NCBI GenBank assembly: GCA_027923505.1
Contig: BROI01000033.1
Coordinates: forward strand, 124,001 to 188,000
Direction of reading: 5' to 3'
DNA from: Mayamaea pseudoterrestris
Taxonomy: Eukaryota
Length of the DNA: 64,000 nucleotides
Shown here: positions 47,863 through 60,600 of the stretch, one piece after another
How positions within the stretch are numbered: position 1 is the stretch's first letter
Layout of the letters: each line of letters starts with the position of its first letter
The notes under the pieces: model-generated
Told to the model about the DNA's origin: nothing
Database searches by the model: none
Seen by the model: the letters and a program-made list of their open reading frames with translations, nothing else
Made by a program: the position numbers and the translations under genes

Positions 47863-49613
47863 CTGGTGACAATGGCTTGTGCTCCATTCTGGGAGCGAGC
47901 GACGTCGTCGATCAGATGGCCGAACGAACGAAGCTGCGATGGAGCATGAATGGATTCAGCACCGTCGTACAAAGCATACTGGTTGAACTGACCGATAATG
48001 GGTCCAGTCCGAGTCTCAATCAATGCGACGCCAGTTCCGACTTGGAGGTCGCGAACCGTGTGGTCGCTCAAACCTGTCACGTTACACGTGTGGTTGGTAG
48101 TACTCAAGATTCTCATATCGCTTCCAGCGAGCCCACCGTTCGCACCGCCGTCAATCAGCGATCCTTGGCGAGTCTCGTTGCTGCGAGCTCGATTCACAGT
48201 GTAGCGCACCGATACCATTGCGCGGTAACGGCGGCCGTCGCTTCCCATAAACTCTTGCTGGGTGTTGTTCGCAGCTTGAGTGTGAGACGACGCGCTTGGC
48301 GAAGGAGTCATCTCATGTCTGCCTGACTGAGTGGCTGACATGCAGTCGAGGCGCGTCATTCTGGTACAAGATTGTACCAGGCACTGAGGCAGCCGCTTGT
48401 GACTGCTGGTTTTTCGCGCGGTTTCCGTTGTTCGCGCGTCTTGTTGTGGCGGGTCTTGGGACGGCTTCGCGTCGAGCCATGAGCTGAGCGTATTCGTCCT
48501 CGTTAAGTCGGCCGAGTCGTTCGTACGACATGTACGACCAGGGGGCCTGCAACAACTGTTCAAAGTTCAGATAATCACCAGGGAATCGTTCCTAATGCGC
48601 TTGCGTACCGGCTGCTGGTAGTGGCGCGGAAGAGCCTCGTCCTCCGGAACCGCGCCCCGATTGGGTGCCACGTCCACCGTCTCGTCCACCGCCGCGTCCG
48701 CCTTGGCCGCCGCGTCCTCCGCCGCGACCGGAACCGCGTCCATTACCACGTCCTTGCCCGGAAGTGTTCGCGTTGTTCGCTTGGCGGTCGGCGTTCTTCT
48801 TGCCCTTATTCAGCTTGGCGTTCTTGTTGTCGACGCGCAAGGCTTGCTGCAACAACATGTCGAAAAGATAGTCATAATCTTCCGTTAAGACAGTATCTGG
48901 ATCACCATTTGCATTGATGATGCGTCGTCGTTCAAATGTCAAGTGCTGGTCGAATGTCGTGCACGTGGGACCGAATTCTTCGTCGCCCTCCACTGCAGCT
49001 CGGAGCCAGTAGTACTTCTTCTTGTCATCCGTCACTCCAGGACGGAACTCTTTGAGATTCTTCATGAGCTGTTCGATGTAGTTTAGGAACTTGTAGTGTC
49101 CCTTTGTCCAGGTCAAATCTAGGCAAATCGTCGCAAGCTTGGCTTGCATTTCGTTCGCTTGAATGGTAGCTAACTCGCCGGAACCAAACTTGGTCGCGAG
49201 TTCGCGATAGACGCTCTGAGCGTCGGACGTGTCACTGTACTTCATTAAGAGCAACTGGTATCCAGGGACTTCGAGACAATTGCGAAACGCAGTGTACATG
49301 AAGATTTGCTGGTTCTCGAACTCTTCCTTCTCTTGGTCCGTGACTGGCACGTACTTACTGTCAAGCACGTTAGAACAGCCATGGAGCTTGGCGATTGCCT
49401 TGGTAGACGCGCTCCAACTCAACCACGCGTGGGGATGTTGGAACGTTTTGTAGTCCTTGTAATCTCGCTTCGTCTTGAGGTTCGAGAAACGACCCTTGGC
49501 ATCTTCTTCCTTTTCGGCCTTCTCGGCCTTCATAGTCTCACTTTCAAGTTGCTTGGCAAGTAGCTCGGCTGGCTTCTTCTTGGACTCGAGGACGTAGCTT
49601 CCTTCTTCACGCT
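47863..49613 (-). pseudogene. N-terminally deleted, frameshifted gag and protease
   Basis: ORFs 48592-49533 and 47613-48563 match family-B Gag and PR; the native ATG region is deleted. Confidence 0.85.
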
Positions 49614-49719
49614 AGTATTCGGATTGACGACGCCGCAAGGAATCTGCTCTTTCTCTCTCAATTTCTCGATTCTTTCACTCTCTCTCTTTCGCACAGCTCT
49701 CTCAGGTCAAGACAAGCTA

Positions 49720-49734
49720 GCAAGACTGTTAATC
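49720..49734 (-). promoter_or_regulatory. PBS complementary to a tRNA-Asn(GUU) anticodon arm
   Basis: GCAAGACTGTTAATC abuts the LTR. Confidence 0.7.
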
Positions 49735-50063
49735 TGACACGATAATATCAGACGAACCTTTATCCCAGCGACTACAATGGACTCGGAGCGATCAACCTCT
49801 TCGTCCAGCGTAAAGCAAACAAACAAACTCAATTGCTAGAATAGTGCATGTTACTCGCTACTCTACTCGTGCGCTTCTTTCTCGTTCTCACTGGGTTCAC
49901 GGTCGAGGTTCACGCCTCGATCGTCAGCGATTTCACTCATGTATGTGAGGATTCGGTCACAAGTGTGACTCAACCCTGCACAGGATTAAATGCATACAAA
50001 ACACAGGTAGCTAACCGTCTTGTCATAAGACGCAGGTCAACTCAACTCAATAATATTGTGTCA
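49735..50063 (-). repeat. 5' LTR (329 bp)
   Basis: Differs from 20397-20725 by only one substitution that I could see. Confidence 0.95.
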
Positions 50064-50428
50064 TACAACATGGTAGGCTTGGCTGGTGTATCAGGGGATG
50101 GCAGTGTATTTGGTGACAACTTGTCACCAGTCTCAGCCCGCAGATGCCGTGACATTCAAACGCCCCTACAGCAAGCCCTGTAGGTGCCCACAATACACCA
50201 GAATGGTGCCACCATCATTATTCATGCTGCGCTACAACATGGTAGGCTTGACGGTTGTCTCAGGGGATGGCAATGTATTTGGTGACAACTTGTCACCAGT
50301 CTCAGCCTGCAGATGCCGTGACATTCAAACGCCCCTACAGCAAGCCCTGTAGATGCCCCCAATACACCAGAATGGTGCCAACATAATTATTCAGGCTGCA
50401 CTACAAGATGGTAGGCTTCTCAGGGGAT
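50064..50428 (+). repeat. About 2 copies of a variant 169-bp satellite
   Basis: Same dyad and period; diagnostic GGTAGGCTTG and GTATTTGG variants. Confidence 0.92.
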
Positions 50429-51174
50429 TTGAGACTTTGCACCTATCAATGGCATACCCAGAACATGTTTTGCCTGACTCATTGGGTATTTGGGTGGCCA
50501 GAGCATGGGGCATTTGACAGGTCAGAATCTACAACTTGTGGTGTTGGCCATACCCACACTGGAGGCCGTACCCATGGTGTCAGCCTCCAGCAGTCCTTTA
50601 TGCACCATTCAGACTCTGCACCTGTTAATGGCATACCCTGGACATGTTTTGCCTGACTCATTGGGTAATTGGGTGGCCAGGGCATGGGATGTTTGACAGG
50701 TCAGAATCTACAACTTGTGGTTTTGGCCATACCCACAGTGGAGGCCATACCCATGGTGTCAGCCTCCAGGCAGTCCTTTTTGCACCATTTGAGACTCTGC
50801 ACCTGTCAATGGCATACCCTGGACATGTTTTGCCTGACTCATTGGGTATTTGGGTGGCCAGGGCATGGGGCGTTTGACAGGGAAGAATCTGCAACTTGTG
50901 GTGTTGGCCATACCCACAGTGGAGGCCATACCCATGGTGTCAGCCTCCAGGCAGTCATTTTAGCATCATTTGAGACTCTGTACCTGTCAATGGCTTACCC
51001 TGGGCAGGTTTTGCCTGACTCATTGGGTATTTGGGTGGCCAGGGCATGGGGCGTTTGACAGGTCAGAATCTACAACTCATGGTGTTGGCCATGCCCACAG
51101 TGGAGGCCGTACCCATGGTGTCAGCCTCCAGGCAGCCCTTTTTGCACCATTGAGACTCTGCACCTGTCAATGGC
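50429..51174 (+). repeat. About 4 copies of a diverged ~180-bp satellite related to the 352-bp array
   Basis: AGACT(C/T)TG recurs near 50431, 50611, 50791, 50972 and 51152; shares GGACATGTTTTGCCTGACTCATTGGG with the main array. Confidence 0.92.
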
Positions 51175-51670
51175 ATGCGTATAGCCACTGTGCATGGTCC
51201 AAGGGCACAAGACATACCTCCTTGGTGATTTAGGTTTGCGCATCAGCCTCCTGCTTGCCTTTTGCCTTCAGGTCAGCAGCTTCAGTTGGCAGGTACTATG
51301 TGACTGCCTATCCTAGCAGCGGCAAACATCAGATCCCCTCAACCTCTTTGTAAACTGGCTTGGGGCATGATCTAAGGTCACAAATGGATATTGTATAGTG
51401 CATTCACTTTGTGCATTTGCCTCCTGCTTGTTGCCTGCCTCCAGATCCGCAGGAGTTGCTGGTATCTACTAACCAACTGCCAAACACCAATTTAGCAGTG
51501 GCAAACATGAAGTGCCCACACACTCTATGCGTACAGCCACTGTGCATGATCCGAGGGCACAAGACATACCTCCTTGGTGAATTTGGTTTGCGCATCAGCC
51601 TCCTGCTTGCCTTGGCCTTCAGGTCAGCAGCTTCTGTTGGCAGGTACTATGTGACTGCCTATCCTAGCAG
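51175..51670 (+). repeat. About 1.4 copies of a different 352-bp repeat
   Basis: ATGCGTA(T/C)AGCCACTGTGCATG at 51175 and 51527. Confidence 0.8.
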
Positions 51671-54600
51671 TGGCACACCCTGGACATGTTTTGCATGACT
51701 TATTGGGTTGTTGGGTGATCAGGGGACTTGGTGGTATGATTCCATAATTTGGGGTGTGGTCCAGCACCCTGGTTTTGCAGATGGTGTAGGCCTCCAGGCA
51801 GTCCGTTTTGCACCATTTCAGCCCATCCTCATGTCAATGGCACACCCTGGACATGTTTTGCCTGACTCATTGGGTTGTTGGGTGGCCAGGGCATGGGGCA
51901 TTGCAGTGGTATGATTCCATAATTTGGGGTGTGGACGCCACTTCACCGGCATCCTTGTGGACCATGGCCCTGCTGTTGGCCTTCAGGCGTCTGTTGGTCT
52001 TGTACGCGCATGGCATCAGATCCCAACCTCTTTGTCACGTTGCACCAGGTCCCTGGACATGTGTTGCATGCCTCCTTTGGTTGGCCTTTTTGGGTGGCCA
52101 GGGCGGGGGCATTGTAGTGGTATGATTCCATAATTTGGCCACTCCCACTTGTGGCGGCCATGGTGTAGGCCTCCAGGCAGTCCGTTTTGCACCATTTCAG
52201 CCCATCCTCATGTCAATGGCACACCCTGGACATGTTTTGCCTGACTCATTGGGTTGTTGGGTGGCCAGGGCATGGGGCATTGCAGTGGTATGATTCCATA
52301 ATTTGGGGTGTTGGCCACACCCATCTTGTAGACCATTCCATGCTGTAGGCCTCCAGGCAGTCCGTTTTGTACCATGTCAGACCATCCTCATGTCAATGGC
52401 ACACCCTGGACATGTTTTGCCTGACTCATTGGGTTGTGTGGGTGATCAGGGCGGGGCATTGTAGTGGTATGATTCCACAATTTGCGGTGTTGGCCACACC
52501 CATTTTGGCAGTGTGGCCTCCAGGCAGTCCGTTTTGCACCATTTCAGCCCATCCTCATGTCAATGGCACACCCTGGACATGTTTTGCCTGACTCATTGGG
52601 TTGTTGGGTGGCCAGGGCATGGGGCATTGTAGTGGTATGATTCCATAATTTGGGGTGTTGGCCACACCCATCTTGAGTAGACCATTCCATGCTGTAGGCC
52701 TCCAGGCAGTCCGTTTTGTACCATGTCAGACCATCCTCATGTCAATGGCACACCCTGGACATGTTTTGCATGACTCATTGGGTTGTTGGGTGATCAGGGG
52801 ACGGGGCATTGTAGTGGTATGATTCCATAATTTGTTGGCTCCACCCATTTTGCAGATGGTGTAGGCCTCCAGGCAGTCCGTTTTGCACCATTTCAGCCCA
52901 TCCTCATGTCAATGGCACACCCTGGACATGTTTTGCCTGACTCATTGGGTTGTTGGGTGGCCAGGGCATGGGGCATTGTAGTGGTATGATTCCATAATTT
53001 GGGGTGTTGGCCACACCCATCTTGTAGACCATTCCATGCTGTAGGCCTCCAGGCAGTCCGTTTTGTACCATGTCAGACCATCCTCATGTCAATGGCACAC
53101 CCTGGACATGTTTTGCATGACTCATTGGGTTGTTGGGTGATCACCGGGGACGGCTCCTTGTAGTGGTATGATTCCATAATTTGCGGTGTTGGCCACACCC
53201 ATTTTGCAGATGGTGTAGGCCTCCAGGCAGTCCGTTTTGCACCATTTCAGCCCATCCTCATGTCAATGGCACACCCTGGACATGTTTTGCCTGACTCATT
53301 GGGTTGTTGGGTGGCCAGGGCATGGGGCATTGTAGTGGTATGATTCCATAATTTGGGGTGTTGGCCACACCCATCTTGTAGACCATTCCATGCTGTAGGC
53401 CTCCAGGCAGTCCGTTTTGTACCATGTCAGACCATCCTCATGTCAATGGCACACCCTGGACATGTTTTGCATGACTCATTGGGTTGTTGGGTGATCAGGG
53501 GACGGGGCATTGTAGTGGTATGATTCCATAATTTGCGGTGTTGGCCACACCCATTTTGCAGATGGTGTAGGCCTCCAGGCAGTCCGTTTTGCACCATTTC
53601 AGCCCATCCTCATGTCAATGGCACACCCTGGACATGTTTTGCCTGACTCATTGGGTTGTTGGGTGGCCAGGGCATGGGGCATTGTAGTGGTATGATTCCA
53701 TAATTTGGGGTGTTGGCCACACCCATCTTGTAGACCATTCCATGCTGTAGGCCTCCAGGCAGTCCGTTTTGTACCATGTCAGACCATCCTCATGTCAATG
53801 GCACACCCTGGACATGTTTTGCATGACTCATTGGGTTGTTGGGTGATCAGGGACGGGGCATTGTAGTGGTATGTTTCCATAATTTGCGGTTTTGGCCACA
53901 CCCATTTTGCAGATGGTGTAGGCCTCCAGGCAGTCCGTTTTGCACCATTTCAGCCCATCCTCATGTCAATGGCACACCCTGGACATGTTTTGCCTGACTC
54001 ATTGGGTTGTTGGGTGGCCAGGGCATGGGGCATTGTAGTGGTATGATTCCATAATTTGGGGTGTTGGCCACACCCATCTTGTAGACCATTCCATGCTGTA
54101 GGCCTCCAGGCAGTCCGTTTTGTACCATGTCAGACCATCCTCATGTCAATGGCACACCCTGGACATGTTTTGCATGACTCATTGGGTTGTTGGGTGATCA
54201 GGGGACGGGGCATTGTAGTGGTATGATTCCATAATTTGCGGTGTTGGCCACACCCATTTTGCAGATGGTGTAGGCCTCCAGGCAGTCCGTTTTGCACCAT
54301 TTCAGCCCATCCTCATGTCAATGGCACACCCTGGACATGTTTTGCCTGACTCATTGGGTTGTTGGGTGGCCAGGGCATGGGGCATTGTAGTGGTATGATT
54401 CCATAATTTGGGGTGTTGGCCACACCCATCTTGTAGACCATTCCATGCTGTAGGCCTCCAGGCAGTCCGTTTTGTACCATGTCAGACCATCCTCATGTCA
54501 ATGGCACACCCTGGACATGTTTTGCATGACTCATTGGGTTGTTGGGTGATCAGGGGACGGGGCATTGTAGTGGTATGATTCCATAATTTGGGGTGTTGGC

Positions 54601-57600
54601 CACACCCATTTTGCAGATGGTGTAGGCCTCCAGGCAGTCCGTTTTGCACCATTTCAGCCCATCCTCATGTCAATGGCACACCCTGGACATGTTTTGCCTG
54701 ACTCATTGGGTTGTTGGGTGGCCAGGGCATGGGGCATTGTAGTGGTATGATTCCATAATTTGGGGTGTTGGCCACACCCATCTTGTAGACCATTCCATGC
54801 TGTAGGCCTCCAGGCAGTCCGTTTTGTACCATGTCAGACCATCCTCATGTCAATGGCACACCCTGGACATGTTTTGCATGACTCATTGGGTTGTTGGGTG
54901 ATCAGGGGACGGGGCATTGTAGTGGTATGATTCCATAATTTGCGGTGTTGGCCACACCCATTTTGCAGATGGTGTAGGCCTCCAGGCAGTCCGTTTTGCA
55001 CCATTTCAGCCCATCCTCATGTCAATGGCACACCCTGGACATGTTTTGCCTGACTCATTGGGTTGTTGGGTGGCCAGGGCATGGGGCATTGTAGTGGTAT
55101 GATTCCATAATTTGGGGTGTTGGCCACACCCATCTTGTAGACCATTCCATGCTGTAGGCCTCCAGGCAGTCCGTTTTGTACCATGTCAGACCATCCTCAT
55201 GTCAATGGCACACCCTGGACATGTTTTGCATGACTCATTGGGTTGTTGGGTGATCAGGGGACGGGGCATTGTAGTGGTATGATTCCATAATTTGCGGTGT
55301 TGGCCACACCCATTTTGCCCATGGTGTAGGCCTCCAGGCAGTCCGTTTTGCACCATTTCAGCCCATCCTCATGTCAATGGCACACCCTGGACATGTTTTG
55401 CCTGACTCATTGGGTTGTTGGGTGGCCAGGGCATGGGGCATTGTAGTGGTATGATTCCATAATTTGGGGTGTTGGCCACACCCATCTTGTAGACCATTCC
55501 ATGCTGTAGGCCTCCAGGCAGTCCGTTTTGTACCATGTCAGACCATCCTCATGTCAATGGCACACCCTGGACATGTTTTGCATGACTCATTGGGTTGTTG
55601 GGTGATCAGGGAATGGGGCATTGTAGTGGTATGATTCCATAATTTGCGGTGTTGGCCACACCCATTTAGCAGATGGTGTAGGCCTCCAGGCTGGGTTGTT
55701 GGGTGATCAGGGGACGGGGCATTGTAGTGGTATGATTCCATAATTTGCGGTGTTGGCCACACCCATTTTGCCCATGGTGTAGGCCTCCAGGCAGTCCGTT
55801 TTGCACCATTTCAGCCCATCCTCATGTCAATGGCACACCCTGGACATGTTTTGCCTGACTCATTGGGTTGTTGGGTGGCCAGGGCATGGGGCATTGTAGT
55901 GGTATGATTCCATAATTTGGGGTGTTGGCCACACCCATCTTGTAGACCATTCCATGCTGTAGGCCTCCAGGCAGTCCGTTTTGTACCATGTCAGACCATC
56001 CTCATGTCAATGGCACACCCTGGACATGTTTTGCATGACTCATTGGGTTGTTGGGTGATCAGGGAATGGGGCATTGTAGTGGTATGATTCCATAATTTGC
56101 GGTGTTGGCCACACCCATTTAGCAGATGGTGTAGGCCTCCAGGCAGTCCGTTTTGCACCATTTCAGCCCATCCTCATGTCAATGGCACACCCTGGACATG
56201 TTTTGCCTGACTCATTGGGTTGTTGGGTGGCCAGGGCATGGGGCATTGTAGTGGTATGATTCCATAATTTGGGGTGTTGGCCACACCCATCTTGTAGACC
56301 ATTCCATGCTGTAGGCCTCCAGGCAGTCCGTTTTGTACCTGTCAGACCATCCTCATGTCAATGGCACCCTTTTTGCATGACTCATTGGGTTGTTGGGTGA
56401 TCAGGGGACGGGGCATTGTAGTGGTATGATTCCATAATTTGCGGTGTTGGCCACACCCATTTTGCAGATGGTGTAGGCCTCCAGGCAGTCCGTTTTGCAC
56501 CATTTCAGCCCATCCTCATGTCAATGGCACACCCTGGACATGTTTTGCCTGACTCATTGGGTTGTTGGGTGGCCAGGGCATGGGGCATTGTAGTGGTATG
56601 ATTCCATAATTTGGGGTGTTGGCCACACCCATCTTGTAGACCATTCCATGCTGTAGGCCTCCAGGCAGTCCGTTTTGTACCATGTCAGACCATCCTCATG
56701 TCAATGGCACACCCTGGACATGTTTTGCATGACTCATTGGGTTGTTGGGTGATCAGGGGACGGGGCATTGTAGTGGTATGATTCCATAATTTGCGGTGTT
56801 GGCCACACCCATTTTGCAGATGGTGTAGGCCTCCAGGCAGTCCGTTTTGCACCATTGCAGCCCATCCTCATGTCAATGGCACACCCTGGACATGTTTTGC
56901 CTGACTCATTGGGTTGTTGGGTGGCCAGGGCATGGGGCATTGTAGTGGTATGATTCCATAATTTGGGGTGTTGGCCACACCCATCTTGTAGACCATTCCA
57001 TGCTGTAGGCCTCCAGGCAGTCCGTTTTGTACCATGTCAGACCATCCTCATGTCAATGGCACACCCTGGACATGTTTTGCATGACTCATTGGGTTGTTGG
57101 GTGATAGGGGGACGGGGCATTGTAGTGGTATGATTCCATAATTTGGGGTGTTGGCCACACCCATCTTGTAGACCATTCCATGCTGTAGGCCTCCAGGCAG
57201 TCCGTTTTTTACCATGTCAGACCATCCTCATGTCAATGGCACACCCTGGACATGTTTTGCATGACTCATTGGGTTGTTGGGTGATCAGGGGACGGGGCAT
57301 TGTAGTGGTATGATTCCATAATTTGCGGTGTTGGCCACACCCATTTTGCAGATGGTGTAGGCCTCCAGGCAGTCCGTTTTGCACCATTTCAGCCCATCCT
57401 CATGTCAATGGCACACCCTGGACATGTTTTGCCTGACTCATTGGGTTGTTGGGTGGCCAGGGCATGGGGCATTGTAGTGGTATGATTCCATAATTTGGGG
57501 TGTTGGCCACACCCATCTTGTAGACCATTCCATGCTGTAGGCCTCCAGGCAGTCCGTTTTGTACCATGTCAGACCATCCTCATGTCAATGGCACACCCTG

Positions 57601-60600
57601 GACATGTTTTGCATGACTCATTGGGTTGTTGGGTGATCAGGGGACAGGCATTGTAGTGGTATGATTCCATAATTTGGGGTGTTGGCCACACCCATTTTGC
57701 AGATGGTGTAGGCCTCCAGGCAGTCCGTTTTGCACCATTTCAGCCCATCCTCATGTCAATGGCACACCCTGGACATGTTTTGCCTGACTCATTGGGAAGT
57801 GGGGCGGGCAGGGCAAGGGGCATTGTAGTGGTATGATTCCATAATTTGGGGTGTTGGCCACACCCATCTTGCAGACCATTCCATGCTGTAGGCCTCCAGG
57901 CAGTCCGTTTTGTACCATGTCAGCCCATCCTCATGTCAATGGCACACCCTGGACATGTTTTGCCTGACTCATTGGGTTGTTGGGTGGTCAGGGGACGGGG
58001 CATTGTAGTGGTATGATTCCATAATTTGCGGTGTTGGCCACACCCATTTTGCAGATGGTGTAGGCCTCCAGGCAGTCCGTTTTGCACCATTTCAGCCCAT
58101 CCTCATGTCAATGGCACACCCTGGACATGTTTTGCCTGACTCATTGGGTTGTTGGGTGGCCAGGGCACGGGGCATTGTAGTGGTATGATTCCATAATTTG
58201 GGGTGTTGGCCACACCCATCTTGTAGACCATTCCATGCTGTAGGCCTCCAGGCAGTCCGTTTTGTACCATGTCAGACCATCCTCATGTCAATGGCACACC
58301 CTGGACATGTTTTGCATGACTCATTGGGTTGTTGGGTGATCAGGGGACGGGGCATTGTAGTGGTATGATTCCATAATTTGTATGGGTTGGCCACACCCAT
58401 TTTGCAGATGGTGTAGGCCTCCAGGCAGTCCGTTTTGCACCATTTCAGCCCATCCTCATGTCAATGGCACACCCTGGACATGTTTTGCCTGACTCATTGG
58501 GTTGTTGGGTGGCCAGGGCATGGGGCATTGTAGTGGTATGATTCCATAATTTGGGGTGTTGGCCACACCCATCTTGTAGACCATTCCATGCTGTAGGCCT
58601 CCAGGCAGTCCGTTTTGTACCATGTCAGACCATCCTCATGTCAATGGCACACCCTGGACATGTTTTGCATGACTCATTGGGTTGTTGGGTGATCAGGGGA
58701 CGGGGCATTGTAGTGGTATGATTCCATAATTTGCGGTGTTGGCCACACCCATTTTGCAGATGGTGTAGGCCTCCAGGCAGTCCGTTTTGCACCATTTCAG
58801 CCCATCCTCATGTCAATGGCACACCCTGGACATGTTTTGCCTGACTCATTGGGTTGTTGGGTGGCCAGGGCATGGGGCATTGTAGTGGTATGATTCCATA
58901 ATTTGGGGTGTTGGCCACACCCATCTTGTAGACCATTCCATGCTGTAGGCCTCCAGGCAGTCCGTTTTGTACCATGTCAGACCATCCTCATGTCAATGGC
59001 ACACCCTGGACATGTTTTGCATGACTCATTGGGTTGTTGGTCCCGATGGTATGATTCCATAATTTGCGGGGCCCCCTTTTGCAGATGGTGTAGGCCTCCA
59101 GGCAGTCCGTTTTGCACCATTTCAGCCCATCCTCATGTCAATGGCACACCCTGGACATGTTTTGCCTGACTCATTGGGTTGTTGGGTGGCCAGGGCATGG
59201 GGCATTGTAGTGGTATGATTCCATAATTTGGGGTGTTGGCCACACCCATCTTGTAGACCATTCCATGCTGTAGGCCTCCAGGCAGTCCGTTTTGTACCAT
59301 GTCAGACCATCCTCATGTCAATGGCACACCCTGGACATGTTTTGCATGACTCATTGGGTTGTTGGGTGATCAGGGGACGGGGCATTGTAGTGGTATGATT
59401 CCATAATTTGGGGTGTTGGCCACACCCATTTTGCAGATGGTGTAGGCCTCCAGGCAGTCCGTTTTGCACCATTTCAGCCCATCCTCATGTCAATGGCACA
59501 CCCTGGACATGTTTTGCCTGACTCATTGGGTTGTTGGGTGGCCAGGGCATGGGGCATTGTAGTGGTATGATTCCATAATTTGGGGTGTTGGCCACACCCA
59601 TCTTGTAGACCATTCCATGCTGTAGGCCTCCAGGCAGTCCGTTTTGTACCATGTCAGACCATCCTCATGTCAATGGCACACCCTGGACATGTTTTGCATG
59701 ACTCATTGGGTTGTTGGGTGATCAGGGGACGGGGCATTGTAGTGGTATGATTCCATAATTTGCGGTGTTGGCCACACCCATTTTGCAGATGGTGTAGGCC
59801 TCCAGGCAGTCCGTTTTGCACCATTTCAGCCCATCCTCATGTCAATGGCACACCCTGGACATGTTTTGCCTGACTCATTGGGTTGTTGGGTGGCCAGGGC
59901 ATGGGGCATTGTAGTGGTATGATTCCATAATTTGGGGTGTTGGCCACACCCATCTTGTAGACCATTCCATGCTGTAGGCCTCCAGGCAGTCCGTTTTGTA
60001 CCATGTCAGACCATCCTCATGTCAATGGCACACCCTGGACATGTTTTGCATGACTCATTGGGTTGTTGGGTGATCAGGGGACGGGGCATTGTAGTGGTAT
60101 GATTCCATAATTTGCGGTGTTGGCCACACCCATTTTGCAGATGGTGTAGGCCTCCAGGCAGTCCGTTTTGCACCATTTCAGCCCATCCTCATGTCAATGG
60201 CACACCCTGGACATGTTTTGCCTGACTCATTGGGTTGTTGGGTGGCCAGGGCATGGGGCATTGTAGTGGTATGATTCCATAATTTGGGGTGTTGGCCACA
60301 CCCATCTTGTAGACCATTCCATGCTGTAGGCCTCCAGGCAGTCCGTTTTGTACCATGTCAGACCATCCTCATGTCAATGGCACACCCTGGACATGTTTTG
60401 CATGACTCATTGGGTTGTTGGGTGATCAGGGGACGGGGCATTGTAGTGGTATGATTCCATAATTTGCGGTGTTGGCCACACCCATTTTGCAGATGGTGTA
60501 GGCCTCCAGGCAGTCCGTTTTGCACCATTTCAGCCCATCCTCATGTCAATGGCACACCCTGGACATGTTTTGCCTGACTCATTGGGTTGTTGGGTGGCCA

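Larger units (their letters stand above)
41115..50063 (-). mobile_element. Rearranged family-B copia element inside the 169-bp satellite: divergent 3' LTR, microsatellite in RT, 2870-bp duplication, 530-bp gag deletion, no TSD
   Basis: LTRs at 41115 and 49735; internal sequence closely similar to 8069-14146. Confidence 0.93.
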
